Part shown: piece after piece, positions 34,040-43,429 of the stretch
Layout of the letters: every line of letters begins with the position of its first letter
How positions within the stretch are numbered: the stretch's first letter is position 1
Virus record (IMG/VR): IMGVR_UViG_3300021082_000030
Span: 1 to 55,861 of that record
Strand: one strand, 5' to 3'
Length of the DNA: 55,861 bases
From: a virus
Lineage: Duplodnaviria > Caudoviricetes
Position numbers and translations under genes: made by a program
The notes under the pieces: generated by a model
Told to the model about the DNA's origin: nothing
Seen by the model: the letters and a program-made list of their open reading frames with translations, nothing else
The model's database searches: none

Positions 34040-35308
34040 TCAAAATCTCGCATCCGCGCGCCAGTGAAACATTGCCGTTTGACCGAATACCGGCGTGCCA
34101 AGCGTCACGTCCAAGAAACCGCCCCAACCAATCGGCGACAAAACCGGCGGATTGCAAGCATAGCTGTCCACGCCCGGAGTCCAGACCCAACCGCCCGCAC
34201 CATTGGACGGACTATAAATAGTCAACGTCGGCGTCCCTCGCTTTGGCACGGTGAACAATCCAGAGCCGGCAAAGCGCACGCTGTTGATCGCAACCACCGT
34301 CGCCCCGCCAACGCTGTCGTTGAGGCCATAGGGGCCCCACGATTGCTCTAGGTATCGCTTGCAAAGCTCAAGCTCCTGACTGCGTGGCCGCATGATCAGC
34401 GGCGACTGCGTTGGCGTCAGCGCGACCGCATCCGGCAGCACGACAACGCCACCGATCCGGAAAATGTCGCTGGTCGAAGCCACCGCGTTAACCTGTCCCG
34501 GCGCGGCGAAGTAATTGCCGGGATGCCAAGTGTTAACTGTCGGCGCGGTGTAGGTGCTACCGCTCGCCATTGTGAATGTAATGAGCAAGCCGCCCGTGTT
34601 GTCGATGGGCCAGACGCCGTTCGGACAGCCGGGGATGGTCACAACATTGAATTGCGCAATGTCTGCAACATTCTGCGTATAGGTCGTCACATAACTAAGC
34701 GTGGCGTTTCCGTTTCTTACGCCAACCGAATAGAGGCCCGGCCTGACATGCTTGCTCCAAAAGCCAATCGTCATCGGCTTGGCGTTGACGCCGCCCCACG
34801 CGAGCCGCGCAACACGATAGCCTTCGATCACTTGGTACAACGACACATAGTCACCCGTCGCAAGCGAAGCCTGCGCGGCGCTAACCAAGGCTTGAAAATT
34901 ATATGGCAAGCCGGGAAACAATTGACCGAATGTCTGCCCAGCCGACAGCACCATTGTCCCGGCGGTGCTAAACAGCCAGCCGTCTACGGGGCGCGGCATC
35001 ACTCCAACTTGATTGATTTCGAACGAGCCATTGATCTGCATCCCGTTGTAGGCGAGCGCGTCGAGCCCTGCTGCGGTGCCACCGGATATTTCATTCCATG
35101 CCGAACTGCGCCGCCCGTAAATCTTTCCATCTGTCGGTGCTTCCGGTACTGCACCGGGATCACCCTTTGGCCCCGGCGGCCCCGGCACGACTGACGGCGA
35201 GCCGGGATTGCCGATAGGGCCTTGCGGCCCTATCGGGCCGGGCGGTCCCTGCTCGAACGTCTGGATGGTGACGACTTCATCCTCTGCGGTGATGACTTCG
35301 ACTGGCAT
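34040..35308 (-). CDS. Tail fibre / receptor-binding protein B
   Basis: Short collagen, EAPTDGKIYGR foldon-like motif, beta-rich domain, QELELCKRY, ends ADARF. Confidence 0.75.
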   Translation of the reverse strand: MPVEVITAEDEVVTIQTFEQGPPGPIGPQGPIGNPGSPSVVPGPPGPKGDPGAVPEAPTDGKIYGRRSSAWNEISGGTAAGLDALAYNGMQINGSFEINQVGVMPRPVDGWLFSTAGTMVLSAGQTFGQLFPGLPYNFQALVSAAQASLATGDYVSLYQVIEGYRVARLAWGGVNAKPMTIGFWSKHVRPGLYSVGVRNGNATLSYVTTYTQNVADIAQFNVVTIPGCPNGVWPIDNTGGLLITFTMASGSTYTAPTVNTWHPGNYFAAPGQVNAVASTSDIFRIGGVVVLPDAVALTPTQSPLIMRPRSQELELCKRYLEQSWGPYGLNDSVGGATVVAINSVRFAGSGLFTVPKRGTPTLTIYSPSNGAGGWVWTPGVDSYACNPPVLSPIGWGGFLDVTLGTPVFGQTAMFHWRADARF

Positions 35309-35622
35309 CAGGATGACGCCTCTTTCATACGCTGTGCCATTGCCTCGGCCTTGCGCGTTTCCATTGCATCAAGACCAATGGCGACATCGGCTATCAGCGC
35401 ATCGCCATCCGCCCACGGCATCAGCCCGCCATCGATGACGTTGCCGTCGCCCATGTAGGTGTGCCGCTTGCCCTGCGTGTAGACCTGTTCATTCGCCCCA
35501 TCGGGCAGCGGCGGCAATTCAAAACCATAGTCGCGCAAAAATTCTTCTGGCGTGGCCGTGTACTGACCTTGCGCTGCGCGGATGATCACATGACCATCAG
35601 GATGACGATGAAATTCACCCAT
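35308..35622 (-). CDS. Tail-associated hypothetical protein
   Basis: 104 aa within the fibre cluster. Confidence 0.6.
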   Translation of the reverse strand: MGEFHRHPDGHVIIRAAQGQYTATPEEFLRDYGFELPPLPDGANEQVYTQGKRHTYMGDGNVIDGGLMPWADGDALIADVAIGLDAMETRKAEAMAQRMKEASS

Positions 35623-35629
35623 TGTTACC

Positions 35630-36418
35630 TCACAGCTTGATCATGAAATTCATGTAGACCGTTGGATCGAGGATCGGAAAAGGCGAGCCGCCGCCGCTAT
35701 ATGCGCTATTCAACCCCGGCAGCGGCCCCCATGTAGCGGCGTAGTATAATTGCGCCGCGCCGCTACCGCCCGCGATTTGCAAGTCGTGCAAGTGGGGAGC
35801 CAATTGCGCAAGGCTTTGTGTCGTCGTCTCCGCGCCGCCGTTCGAACCGAGAGCGTGCGCGCTCAGACCCGCGCCTGTGCCGGCAACCGCAAGCGAGCGG
35901 CCTAGTGCCTTCGGAATTACCAGCCGCCTGTTCGCAGTAAAATCCGCAGCGGAGTTCGCGCCGCGCGCGACGGTCGTGCCCGCGCTGTCCTGCACCACGA
36001 GAAACGAAATGTTGTCGTAGAGCAATTGATAAAGCGGCTGCGTGTCGGCATTGGCGCGCGTGGTGGCGTTCGATGCCGCGCTGCCGATTGAACCATCGTT
36101 TGCAAATATCCAGCCTGTTTGCGCGTTGACCTGAAACGTCGCCTTTGCATCGCCGGTTCGAAAGCCAGACAACCCGGCATCGCCAGCGTCAACGTACTGC
36201 TTGGTTGCTGCCTGCAGCGGCGCAGCCGGATCGGCGTACAACACCAGCGGCCCCGGCCCCGTCATTGCGTCGCCAGCACGCTTCACAAAGGCGATCTGAT
36301 CCAGCACCGTCGCCGTCCACACCGTGCCGTCCCACTTGTATTGCGGCACGCCGGGCACAGCCGGAACGGGATAAAAATCGCCAACGGTTGGTGTGGCCGG
36401 AAAGTCGAGGTGGGCCAT
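35630..36418 (-). CDS. Tail collar-like fibre protein
   Basis: LDFPATPTVG, YKWDGTVW, AATKQYVD, GWIFANDGSIG, ends MNFMIKL. Confidence 0.7.
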   Translation of the reverse strand: MAHLDFPATPTVGDFYPVPAVPGVPQYKWDGTVWTATVLDQIAFVKRAGDAMTGPGPLVLYADPAAPLQAATKQYVDAGDAGLSGFRTGDAKATFQVNAQTGWIFANDGSIGSAASNATTRANADTQPLYQLLYDNISFLVVQDSAGTTVARGANSAADFTANRRLVIPKALGRSLAVAGTGAGLSAHALGSNGGAETTTQSLAQLAPHLHDLQIAGGSGAAQLYYAATWGPLPGLNSAYSGGGSPFPILDPTVYMNFMIKL

Positions 36419-38001
36419 CAGAACCTCGCATCCGCAGTGGCGTGAACACCTAAACTGTGCCCAATAATTTCAGAATTAACGCCAGATGCCACGATAACAA
36501 ACCCGCGCGTACTGGGATCACTCACCCCAACAGAAGCACAATCAGAGTTGTTTGCGAAATTGCGCACCAGTGAATTAGCAACCACTGGATTGCGTTGAAG
36601 AATGGTTGGGTTCGCACGCATCTCAACTGGAAATCTAGCAAGCAGCTTCGTACCAAATCCGCTACTGCCAACGCTGCTAGCTGTCAGCATACCGTCATAG
36701 GCTATAGGTCCGTACCCTACAGAGATGTTGTGCGGAAATGTCTTCCAATAATATCGCTGACACAGCAGCAATTCCTGATCGAACGGGCGCATGATCATTG
36801 GCGATTGCGCGGCGGTTGGTGCGCTCGTCCCCGGCAGCACGATGACGCCGCCGATCCGAAACACATCCGACGTTGAAGCGATGGCATTGATCTGGCCGGG
36901 AGCGCAGATATAGCTTCCAGTCACCCAAGTGTTCGCCGACGGCGCGGTGTAGGTCGTGCCGCACGCCATGCCGAAAATCACCGAGAGGCCGAGTCCGTTT
37001 GTGGAATCCCAAGCGCCGTCAGGGCATCCGGGGATCGTTACCGTGTTGAACTGCGGGACGTTGGCAACCGCGTGGGTGTAGGTGGTGCCATAGAAACGAT
37101 CACTGGTGGCGTTGCGAGCAGCCACAGAATAAACGCCGGGTCTGGCGTGGTTCGTCCAGAATCCAATTGTGATCGGTTGCTTTAGAGTTGCGTTCCCCCA
37201 TGCCAGCCGCGACACCCGATAGCCTTCGATCTGTTGGATCAGGCAAGCATAGCTTGTCGCAGCCATCACCGCGTCTGCCGTTGTGACAACCGCATAACAG
37301 GCGTTGCGTAGACCGGGAAACCATCCGGCGGCGATTTGCGCGCAGCCCATGACCGCAGGCCCGCCCTTTGCAAACAGCCACTGATCGCAGGCATATCCGG
37401 CGTTGGTGGCGTTGGTCACCTTCTCCTGCGAAACATCGAAGCTGCCGTTTATTTGAAGACCGTTGTAGGCTAGCGCGTCGAAAGGCGCAGCGGCTGAAGC
37501 GGCTGGCGCTGGCGTTGCCACCGCCTGCACCCATTGCGGCGCGCCAACCCCGTCGTTGTATCGGACGAACAGCGTGCCGGTGGTGCTGTTCCACCACATG
37601 GTGTTATCGGACGGCGCGGGCGGTGGCGTATCGCTGATGATCAGCGAAGTGCCCGTGCCCGCCGCACCCTGCGGCCCCTGTGGCCCCATTGGCCCAGTGA
37701 GATTAGCGCGCAACGTCCATGTGCTACCGACTAACTCCCACACCTCGCCGTCGGTCGTGTCGAAATACAGATCGCCGCTCGCCGCGCCCGGCACCGAGAT
37801 GGTCGTCGGGTTGCCCGCGCCGGTAACCCATTTCTCGCCGGCAGCCCCTTCCGGCCCCGGCGAGCCCTGCGGTCCTGTCTGCCCCGGCGGGCCGGGCGGC
37901 CCCGGCGGTCCAACGAGAGAGGCCACGACGACAGTGTCGTTGTCTTCATCGGTGCCGATGATCTCGACATTGTCGGCGACAGTGACGGCGACTTCACTCA
38001 T
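36418..38001 (-). CDS. Tail fibre / receptor-binding protein A
   Basis: Collagen segments, GDLYFDT, QELLLCQRYY, ends ADARF. Confidence 0.75.
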   Translation of the reverse strand: MSEVAVTVADNVEIIGTDEDNDTVVVASLVGPPGPPGPPGQTGPQGSPGPEGAAGEKWVTGAGNPTTISVPGAASGDLYFDTTDGEVWELVGSTWTLRANLTGPMGPQGPQGAAGTGTSLIISDTPPPAPSDNTMWWNSTTGTLFVRYNDGVGAPQWVQAVATPAPAASAAAPFDALAYNGLQINGSFDVSQEKVTNATNAGYACDQWLFAKGGPAVMGCAQIAAGWFPGLRNACYAVVTTADAVMAATSYACLIQQIEGYRVSRLAWGNATLKQPITIGFWTNHARPGVYSVAARNATSDRFYGTTYTHAVANVPQFNTVTIPGCPDGAWDSTNGLGLSVIFGMACGTTYTAPSANTWVTGSYICAPGQINAIASTSDVFRIGGVIVLPGTSAPTAAQSPMIMRPFDQELLLCQRYYWKTFPHNISVGYGPIAYDGMLTASSVGSSGFGTKLLARFPVEMRANPTILQRNPVVANSLVRNFANNSDCASVGVSDPSTRGFVIVASGVNSEIIGHSLGVHATADARF

Positions 38002-38342
38002 CGCGTCGGGCCGGCGTTGTTGGTCAGCAAGCCGGTCCAGATGCGGACCTTGTTGCCGTTGCGGGTGAGAATGTTGGATTGATCGAAGTCGCCGAGCCCG
38101 AGCCGCTCAAGAACGTCCTGCGTTATCTTGATCGTGAACATCCCGTTGAACGGATCAGTCAGCACAATCTCGCCGGTGTCGGTGCCGAGCCGCAGCACCG
38201 CGACGTTGTCCGTCGCGCGCCGCCGCAACATCATTTCCATCTCGCCGCCGGTGATGTCGATCGGCTCACCGGCAACCGTGATATATTGAAACGTCCGATA
38301 AAAGTCGGCGTCGTTGGTCACGGTGATGTTGACGGTCGTCAC
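37998..38342 (-). CDS. Fibre adaptor (BppU-like) protein
   Basis: EPIDITG...IVLTDPFNGMFTI; GTG start. Confidence 0.55.
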   Translation of the reverse strand: MTTVNITVTNDADFYRTFQYITVAGEPIDITGGEMEMMLRRRATDNVAVLRLGTDTGEIVLTDPFNGMFTIKITQDVLERLGLGDFDQSNILTRNGNKVRIWTGLLTNNAGPTR

Positions 38343-38345
38343 GTT

Positions 38346-38900
38346 TCAAAACTCCGCGTCGATCTGGTCTTTCGTCTTGATCTGACCGCTGGCGATCTTT
38401 CGGGCGATCGCGGCTTCCGTCGACCACAGCCCTTCGACATGCTCGCCAACGGCTTTCGCCAAGTCTGCGATGCCTTGCCGATCCAACTCGATGAAGCCGT
38501 CGCGCGTCTTCACGTTGACGATGGCGTCATCGTTGACTTGCGCATAGGCCAGCGCGCGCGTGATGCGGGCTTGGCTTTCGCGATCGGTGTCCACCGTGTT
38601 GCCGTTGAAGTCGATGCCTTCGACCTCCCTCGCATAGCGAAGCTGCGCGGCATAATTCATCAGCGCACCGGCAGGCGAGATTGCAAGCCCGTGCGGCGCG
38701 AGTGTCTCGGCGAGGATGGCGTCGGTTTGCGCGCCGGCTTCGTCGACCGGCCAGCGCATCGGCGCGCCAAGCGTTAGAAATTCCGCATAGCCGGGATCAG
38801 CGGTCGTGACGATTTGTTGCAGTGGTCCTGAATAGACCCGGTCATCATCGGCCAGCCAATAGTGCTGCGCCGGATTGATACGTCCCAGTATTTGGTTCAT
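38346..38900 (-). CDS. DUF4376-like tail fibre assembly protein
   Basis: RYAREVEGI...DTDRESQARI. Confidence 0.7.
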   Translation of the reverse strand: MNQILGRINPAQHYWLADDDRVYSGPLQQIVTTADPGYAEFLTLGAPMRWPVDEAGAQTDAILAETLAPHGLAISPAGALMNYAAQLRYAREVEGIDFNGNTVDTDRESQARITRALAYAQVNDDAIVNVKTRDGFIELDRQGIADLAKAVGEHVEGLWSTEAAIARKIASGQIKTKDQIDAEF

Positions 38901-39934
38901 CGGTAAATTCCTCCGTTAGCAACTCCACCCGCAACGGTGCCGGGAAAGTAGTTTGGCCCGCCGACATTGGTGTCGACCCAACCGCCATAGTTCGCGTTAT
39001 AGCGTTGACCACTGACGCCAGACCCGCCGTTGAAGATCACGCCGGTCGAGCCGATGATCCCGGTGGTGCCCATTGCCAGCGCGAACGATCCCGCCAGAGC
39101 TATCGGTGCGTCGATAAAGAGTTCGAGGCCCTGTCCGAGATAGCCGCACGTAATCGAGCCGCCCGCCGCATACAGGAAGAAGTCGCTGGCGCTGCCGTTC
39201 GAATGGAACGGCGAGCCGACGTTGATCTGCCCGCCAGAAGTGATCAGTGCCAGATCGCATTTCCCGAATGTAACGCCTGCCTGAATATTGATGGTGGCAT
39301 ACTGAAAGGCAACAACGCCGCTCGATCCCGGCCCGATGTGTTGGCCGCCGGTTGCCTGCAACTTCACATAGCGAATAGACAATGTGTTGTATGAGCCGCA
39401 GCCCGCCGCCCATTGCGTGCCGCCATCGATGACAACGGACGTGGGCGTCAGCGTGTCGCCTTCAACAATGATCGGCGGGATCGAATAGAACGGCAACGTG
39501 AAGCCGACATAAGACCCGGCGGCGATCTTGATGGTGATGGCGTTCGGTCCCGGCGCGTACAGACTGGCCGCATTGACCGCCTTGGTGATCGTCTTGAAGG
39601 GCGCTACAGGCGTCAGCCCGTCGTTGGTGGTGTCGTTTCCGGTCGCGCCGTTCACATAGAACGTAAACGGCACCACGACCCTCTGCCTGTTGCTCAACCC
39701 AAAGATCGCCTTCAGCAATTGCTGAAGATCGGCTTCGCTCGGGTTTTGACAGACCGCGTTGTTGAAATCGATCAGCCCGTGATCAGCCGCGTACTGAATG
39801 ACGGCGACGATCTCGCGCATGTCATGCTCGATGCTCGCCGCCGGCGGGATCGAGCCCATCGTGCCGGTCGTCGGGTTGCCGTTGATGTAAGGCGCGTTCG
39901 GATCGCTGATGCCGTAGGGCTGTACGTATTTCAT
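38897..39934 (-). CDS. Primary tail fibre/spike protein
   Basis: Follows the Mu gp48-like gene; DLQQLLKAI anchor, YVNGATGNDTTNDGLT...PFKTI, Gly-rich repeats. Confidence 0.75.
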   Translation of the reverse strand: MKYVQPYGISDPNAPYINGNPTTGTMGSIPPAASIEHDMREIVAVIQYAADHGLIDFNNAVCQNPSEADLQQLLKAIFGLSNRQRVVVPFTFYVNGATGNDTTNDGLTPVAPFKTITKAVNAASLYAPGPNAITIKIAAGSYVGFTLPFYSIPPIIVEGDTLTPTSVVIDGGTQWAAGCGSYNTLSIRYVKLQATGGQHIGPGSSGVVAFQYATINIQAGVTFGKCDLALITSGGQINVGSPFHSNGSASDFFLYAAGGSITCGYLGQGLELFIDAPIALAGSFALAMGTTGIIGSTGVIFNGGSGVSGQRYNANYGGWVDTNVGGPNYFPGTVAGGVANGGIYR

Positions 39935-39952
39935 TGCTGCTTCCTTGAGGGC

Positions 39953-40717
39953 TTACGGCGTTCCTGCCATAGGATCACCGGGTGCTTCCATTCCGGAATA
40001 GTCGAAGATGATTTGCGTGTGCGCGGGCTTGTAGCGGTTGAGCAAACATTCAAGATCGTTCGCGAGCCCGATGCGCAGATGCGGATCGACGCCGGTCTGT
40101 CCGCTGGTGACGCGAAACCAGATCAGCGCCTGACCGCTCACATGCACGGTCCAATAGAAGCGATTCGCCGGCGGCCCGAGCCCGTACTGCGGCCACGCTG
40201 AAAGCTCGTCCTCGACGATCGGCACGCCGGCATCGTTGAGGATCGGCTGGCCCCATTGGTTGTACATGGGAGTCGAGCCGTCGCCGTAGACGCGACTGTC
40301 GCCGCACTGATCCATGCCGACGACCCACACACGATATTCCGAGATGGTGATCGTGTAGCCAAGCTCAGCCGCCATATCGATGAAGAACTGACGCGACTGC
40401 GCGCCAAGCATCGTCATCCGTCGGATCAGTTCGCGGTGCCGCTCGTCGATCGATTGCGGTGCTTCATAGCAGGGATCGGGCAGGCCCCAGTTGCGTTCCC
40501 AGTCCAGCAAAAGCTCTAGCGTTTTGCGCGGATCGCTTTCCTGTTCGAGCAGATCGCCGGCGCGCCGATCGACCTCGCCCCAGTATTTCGCCAGCCCGCG
40601 ACACGCGAGATCGAGCGTCGAGCCGAGCGTGCGCGGCCACGCCGGACCCTGCGGCAACAGTTGCAGAAATGCGCTGCCGTAGTCGTCTCCGGATCGGCGA
40701 ACGTGGCGATCGCTCAT
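39953..40717 (-). CDS. Baseplate protein, Mu gp48-like (DUF2313)
   Basis: LLPQGPAW, ELLLDWERNWGLPD, LECLLNRYKPAHT. Confidence 0.88.
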   Translation of the reverse strand: MSDRHVRRSGDDYGSAFLQLLPQGPAWPRTLGSTLDLACRGLAKYWGEVDRRAGDLLEQESDPRKTLELLLDWERNWGLPDPCYEAPQSIDERHRELIRRMTMLGAQSRQFFIDMAAELGYTITISEYRVWVVGMDQCGDSRVYGDGSTPMYNQWGQPILNDAGVPIVEDELSAWPQYGLGPPANRFYWTVHVSGQALIWFRVTSGQTGVDPHLRIGLANDLECLLNRYKPAHTQIIFDYSGMEAPGDPMAGTP

Positions 40718-41805
40718 GATGTTGGCGGCGCTTCAAACAGCACGGTGCCAAGCACGGCCATGTGCCCGAGCGACGGCATCGGGTGGTCATCGTTGTTGAC
40801 CAGCGTGAACGACTGCACGCCGGGCGCGTTCATGATCGCGTAGGAAATCCACGCCGCATAGATCGTCTGTCCCGGCGACGCCATTTCGAACAGCATATCG
40901 CGCAGGCTCTTCTCGATCGCGCCGGCAACCTCTGCCGTGTCGGGCACAACGCTGGCGATCGTAACGTCGATGAATTCCTTGATCGGTGCCATGACGTAGC
41001 AGCCCATGACGGTGACCGGGCGCATGCTGTCGATGTAGTTATGCACGGTCTGCACATCGCTCGCCGTCGGCCAGCCGTCATCGTCGGCGCGCAAGTCGTC
41101 CATCAGGAAGCGAACCGTGATGGTGCCGGGGCCTTGCTCGGGCGCGGCCCACGCGCGCGTCACGCCCGGGACCGCGAGCGCCCACGTCACATAGTTTTCT
41201 TGGCTGCCGCCCATTGGCGGGTTGCGGATGCGCTGCAGGATGCGCATGCGCAATTGCTCGTCAGTCTCGATGTCGGTGCCGCCGTCAAGCTCGATCACCG
41301 TCACGGTGACATCGACCCCGGTTACGGCTACCGCGAGCGACAGCGCTTCGCCTTCCTCGACGTTGCCGGCACTGCCGGCATCGAGCGCGCGCACCGGCGC
41401 GTTGGTGGGCCCGGTGCCGATGATAATCTCGGCGGTCGTCTCATAGGAAACGTCAGAGCCGCCTTCGAGCCGTGTCGCCAGCGGCACCACGCTGCCGTCG
41501 GTCCCGGTGAACGCGACCGTGCCGTCGGCGAACGTCGCCATCTTGCGCCCGGTCGTGCCGTCGCCGTTGATCAGCCAGATGTCGCCGTGCCGATCGAGCC
41601 ACTCAGTCTCGGCGGTGTCGGGCAATAGCTGCAGCGCCAGCCAATCGAGATACTGCAAATTGAGATGGCACAGCCCGCCCTGATTGTCGGCCAGCACGCG
41701 CAGCACGCTATTCGGGATCGATGCATCAGCACCCGGCAGCGTCGCGCGCACGTAGTCGCGCACAACACTGCGCACTTCCCGAAGCGTAGGGGTTGCCCAA
41801 GGCAT
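40714..41805 (-). CDS. Baseplate J / Mu gp47-like wedge protein
   Basis: QLLPDTAE, GGTDIETDEQLRMR, PPMGG...WALAVPGVTRAW. Confidence 0.92.
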   Translation of the reverse strand: MPWATPTLREVRSVVRDYVRATLPGADASIPNSVLRVLADNQGGLCHLNLQYLDWLALQLLPDTAETEWLDRHGDIWLINGDGTTGRKMATFADGTVAFTGTDGSVVPLATRLEGGSDVSYETTAEIIIGTGPTNAPVRALDAGSAGNVEEGEALSLAVAVTGVDVTVTVIELDGGTDIETDEQLRMRILQRIRNPPMGGSQENYVTWALAVPGVTRAWAAPEQGPGTITVRFLMDDLRADDDGWPTASDVQTVHNYIDSMRPVTVMGCYVMAPIKEFIDVTIASVVPDTAEVAGAIEKSLRDMLFEMASPGQTIYAAWISYAIMNAPGVQSFTLVNNDDHPMPSLGHMAVLGTVLFEAPPTS

Positions 41806-41830
41806 TTCTGAATGTCCTGAAAAGTTTGGC

Positions 41831-42337
41831 TCAGCTTTCGATGATGCCGGCCCACAAAACCTGATAGCGAAGATCGACCGCCAGATCGGGGCCGCGATAA
41901 AGCCGGATCAGCGCGGTGATGCGCTCGCGCCCGACGCGCTCGACCTTGATGTCCATGCGCGTCGCGACGCGCCGATCGATGAACGGTTGGATCGCCTCGC
42001 GAATGTAGTTGTCGACGCGCACTAGCGTTGAGCCCTGTTCGGCACCGGCCCCAACGATCTTCTCGCGCCGCATCAGCCACAGCCGCGTGCCGATCGGCCA
42101 GCCGTTCCAGATCAGTTCGGTGTCGAGATCACCCCACCAGCCGCGCCGATCGGTCGAGTCCGGATCGGGCAGGATGTCGGTGCGCTTGGCGGTTCGATCG
42201 GTGCCGAGCGCGACGATCACGGCGGTTGCCAGCGCGTCCTTTTCGTCGAGTGATCCGTTGCTCAATAGCGACCAGTCGACCGACACCTCGCTTTGCGCCG
42301 GATAGTCGCCCTGTTGCACAAGTCGGATGTCGGTCAT
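41831..42337 (-). CDS. Mu gp46-like baseplate protein
   Basis: LATAVIVALGTDR...RRGWWGD...IGTRLWL. Confidence 0.9.
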   Translation of the reverse strand: MTDIRLVQQGDYPAQSEVSVDWSLLSNGSLDEKDALATAVIVALGTDRTAKRTDILPDPDSTDRRGWWGDLDTELIWNGWPIGTRLWLMRREKIVGAGAEQGSTLVRVDNYIREAIQPFIDRRVATRMDIKVERVGRERITALIRLYRGPDLAVDLRYQVLWAGIIES

Positions 42338-42621
42338 TTAACGCTCGTTGTCGGGCTGCCTTGCGCGGTCTTCGGATTGCAATGCTCGCCGCCAGCTATC
42401 GGACAAAGCGCGTCCGGGTTTGCGTTGTCGGGCCGATGCACGACCACGCGCTTGCCTTCGATGTAGACGCTGCTTGACGCGATCAGCGCGCCTTCGCCGT
42501 GCGTATCCAGATCGCCTTCGACCGCCCACAGCCTGCCGTCCGACTTCACTGTGCTTTGCCCGGTGACGACGGTGGTCGCCCCGCATGTACGCAGATCGCC
42601 GTGACGATGAACCGGCGGCAT
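42334..42621 (-). CDS. PAAR-like spike tip protein
   Basis: PVHRHGDLRTCG...STVKSDG...VEGD...SVYIEGK. Confidence 0.8.
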   Translation of the reverse strand: MPPVHRHGDLRTCGATTVVTGQSTVKSDGRLWAVEGDLDTHGEGALIASSSVYIEGKRVVVHRPDNANPDALCPIAGGEHCNPKTAQGSPTTSVK

Positions 42622-43421
42622 CAGTTGTGATCGATCTTCGGGGCTTCGTCTTTGACTTGCTCGGTGGCCTTGTTGTGAATCACCTTGCCGGTGAAGAACC
42701 ACTTTTCTTCCTTCACGTCGAAATAGCCCATGACCTTGTCACCGGATCGAAACTCGATGCGCCCCTTGGTGCAGCGAATCTCGGTGTTGACCGTCTCGCC
42801 TTCGTGCTTGTAGTCCTCGTTTTTCTTTTTGATGTCGGCTGCGTAGGTCGCCCACTCTTCCGGCGTCAGGATTCTGCCGTTTGCGTCTGTTGCCTTGCCC
42901 TGCGGCTTCTGCCGTTCCTGCTTTTTTTTCTCGACGTGGCGCAAGCTCACCATGCGCTCGACGTTCTTGCCGCCGCCGCCGCTGTCGCCGGCCTTGCTCT
43001 GGCTTTGCTGGCTCTCGTCGGGCCCATCAAGCGACAACATGAACAGCCCGGCGCGGCGCATCAGAGTCATCTGGCCGATGTCGTCGTATTGCGAATTCTC
43101 GCCCGCCTTCAATCCCAGTGGGCGATGCCGGCGATCGTCCATCATCGAAGCGATCGGGTGCGAGCGGTTGCCACCGATGAAGTTGATGATTGCTTCGGCG
43201 CTTTCCTCGATCTGGCCGTCCTTGCCTTTCTTGGCCGGCAGCACAACGCTGGAAAAACCATAATTCTGCGGAGCCTCGACCTTGTCACGGCTTTCACCCT
43301 TCATGAAGTTGCCGCCCATCTCCTGCATCAGCGAACCGTCATCGACCTTGTCGACGATCGAGCGCGCGCCGCCGGCGCTGAATGCACGAAAGGCTGTCAT
43401 CAAGGGAGTGTAGCGATGCAT
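42621..43421 (-). CDS. Mu gp45-like baseplate spike
   Basis: VEAPQNYGFSS, GGNRSH, DDRRHRP.GLKAGE..QYD. Confidence 0.88.
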   Translation of the reverse strand: MHRYTPLMTAFRAFSAGGARSIVDKVDDGSLMQEMGGNFMKGESRDKVEAPQNYGFSSVVLPAKKGKDGQIEESAEAIINFIGGNRSHPIASMMDDRRHRPLGLKAGENSQYDDIGQMTLMRRAGLFMLSLDGPDESQQSQSKAGDSGGGGKNVERMVSLRHVEKKKQERQKPQGKATDANGRILTPEEWATYAADIKKKNEDYKHEGETVNTEIRCTKGRIEFRSGDKVMGYFDVKEEKWFFTGKVIHNKATEQVKDEAPKIDHN

Positions 43422-43429
43422 GGTTCCTC

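Noticed and set aside
34040-38001. Diversity-generating retroelement acting on the paralogous fibres
   Set aside because: No reverse transcriptase ORF, and no near-identical template/variable repeat pair differing only at adenines was seen
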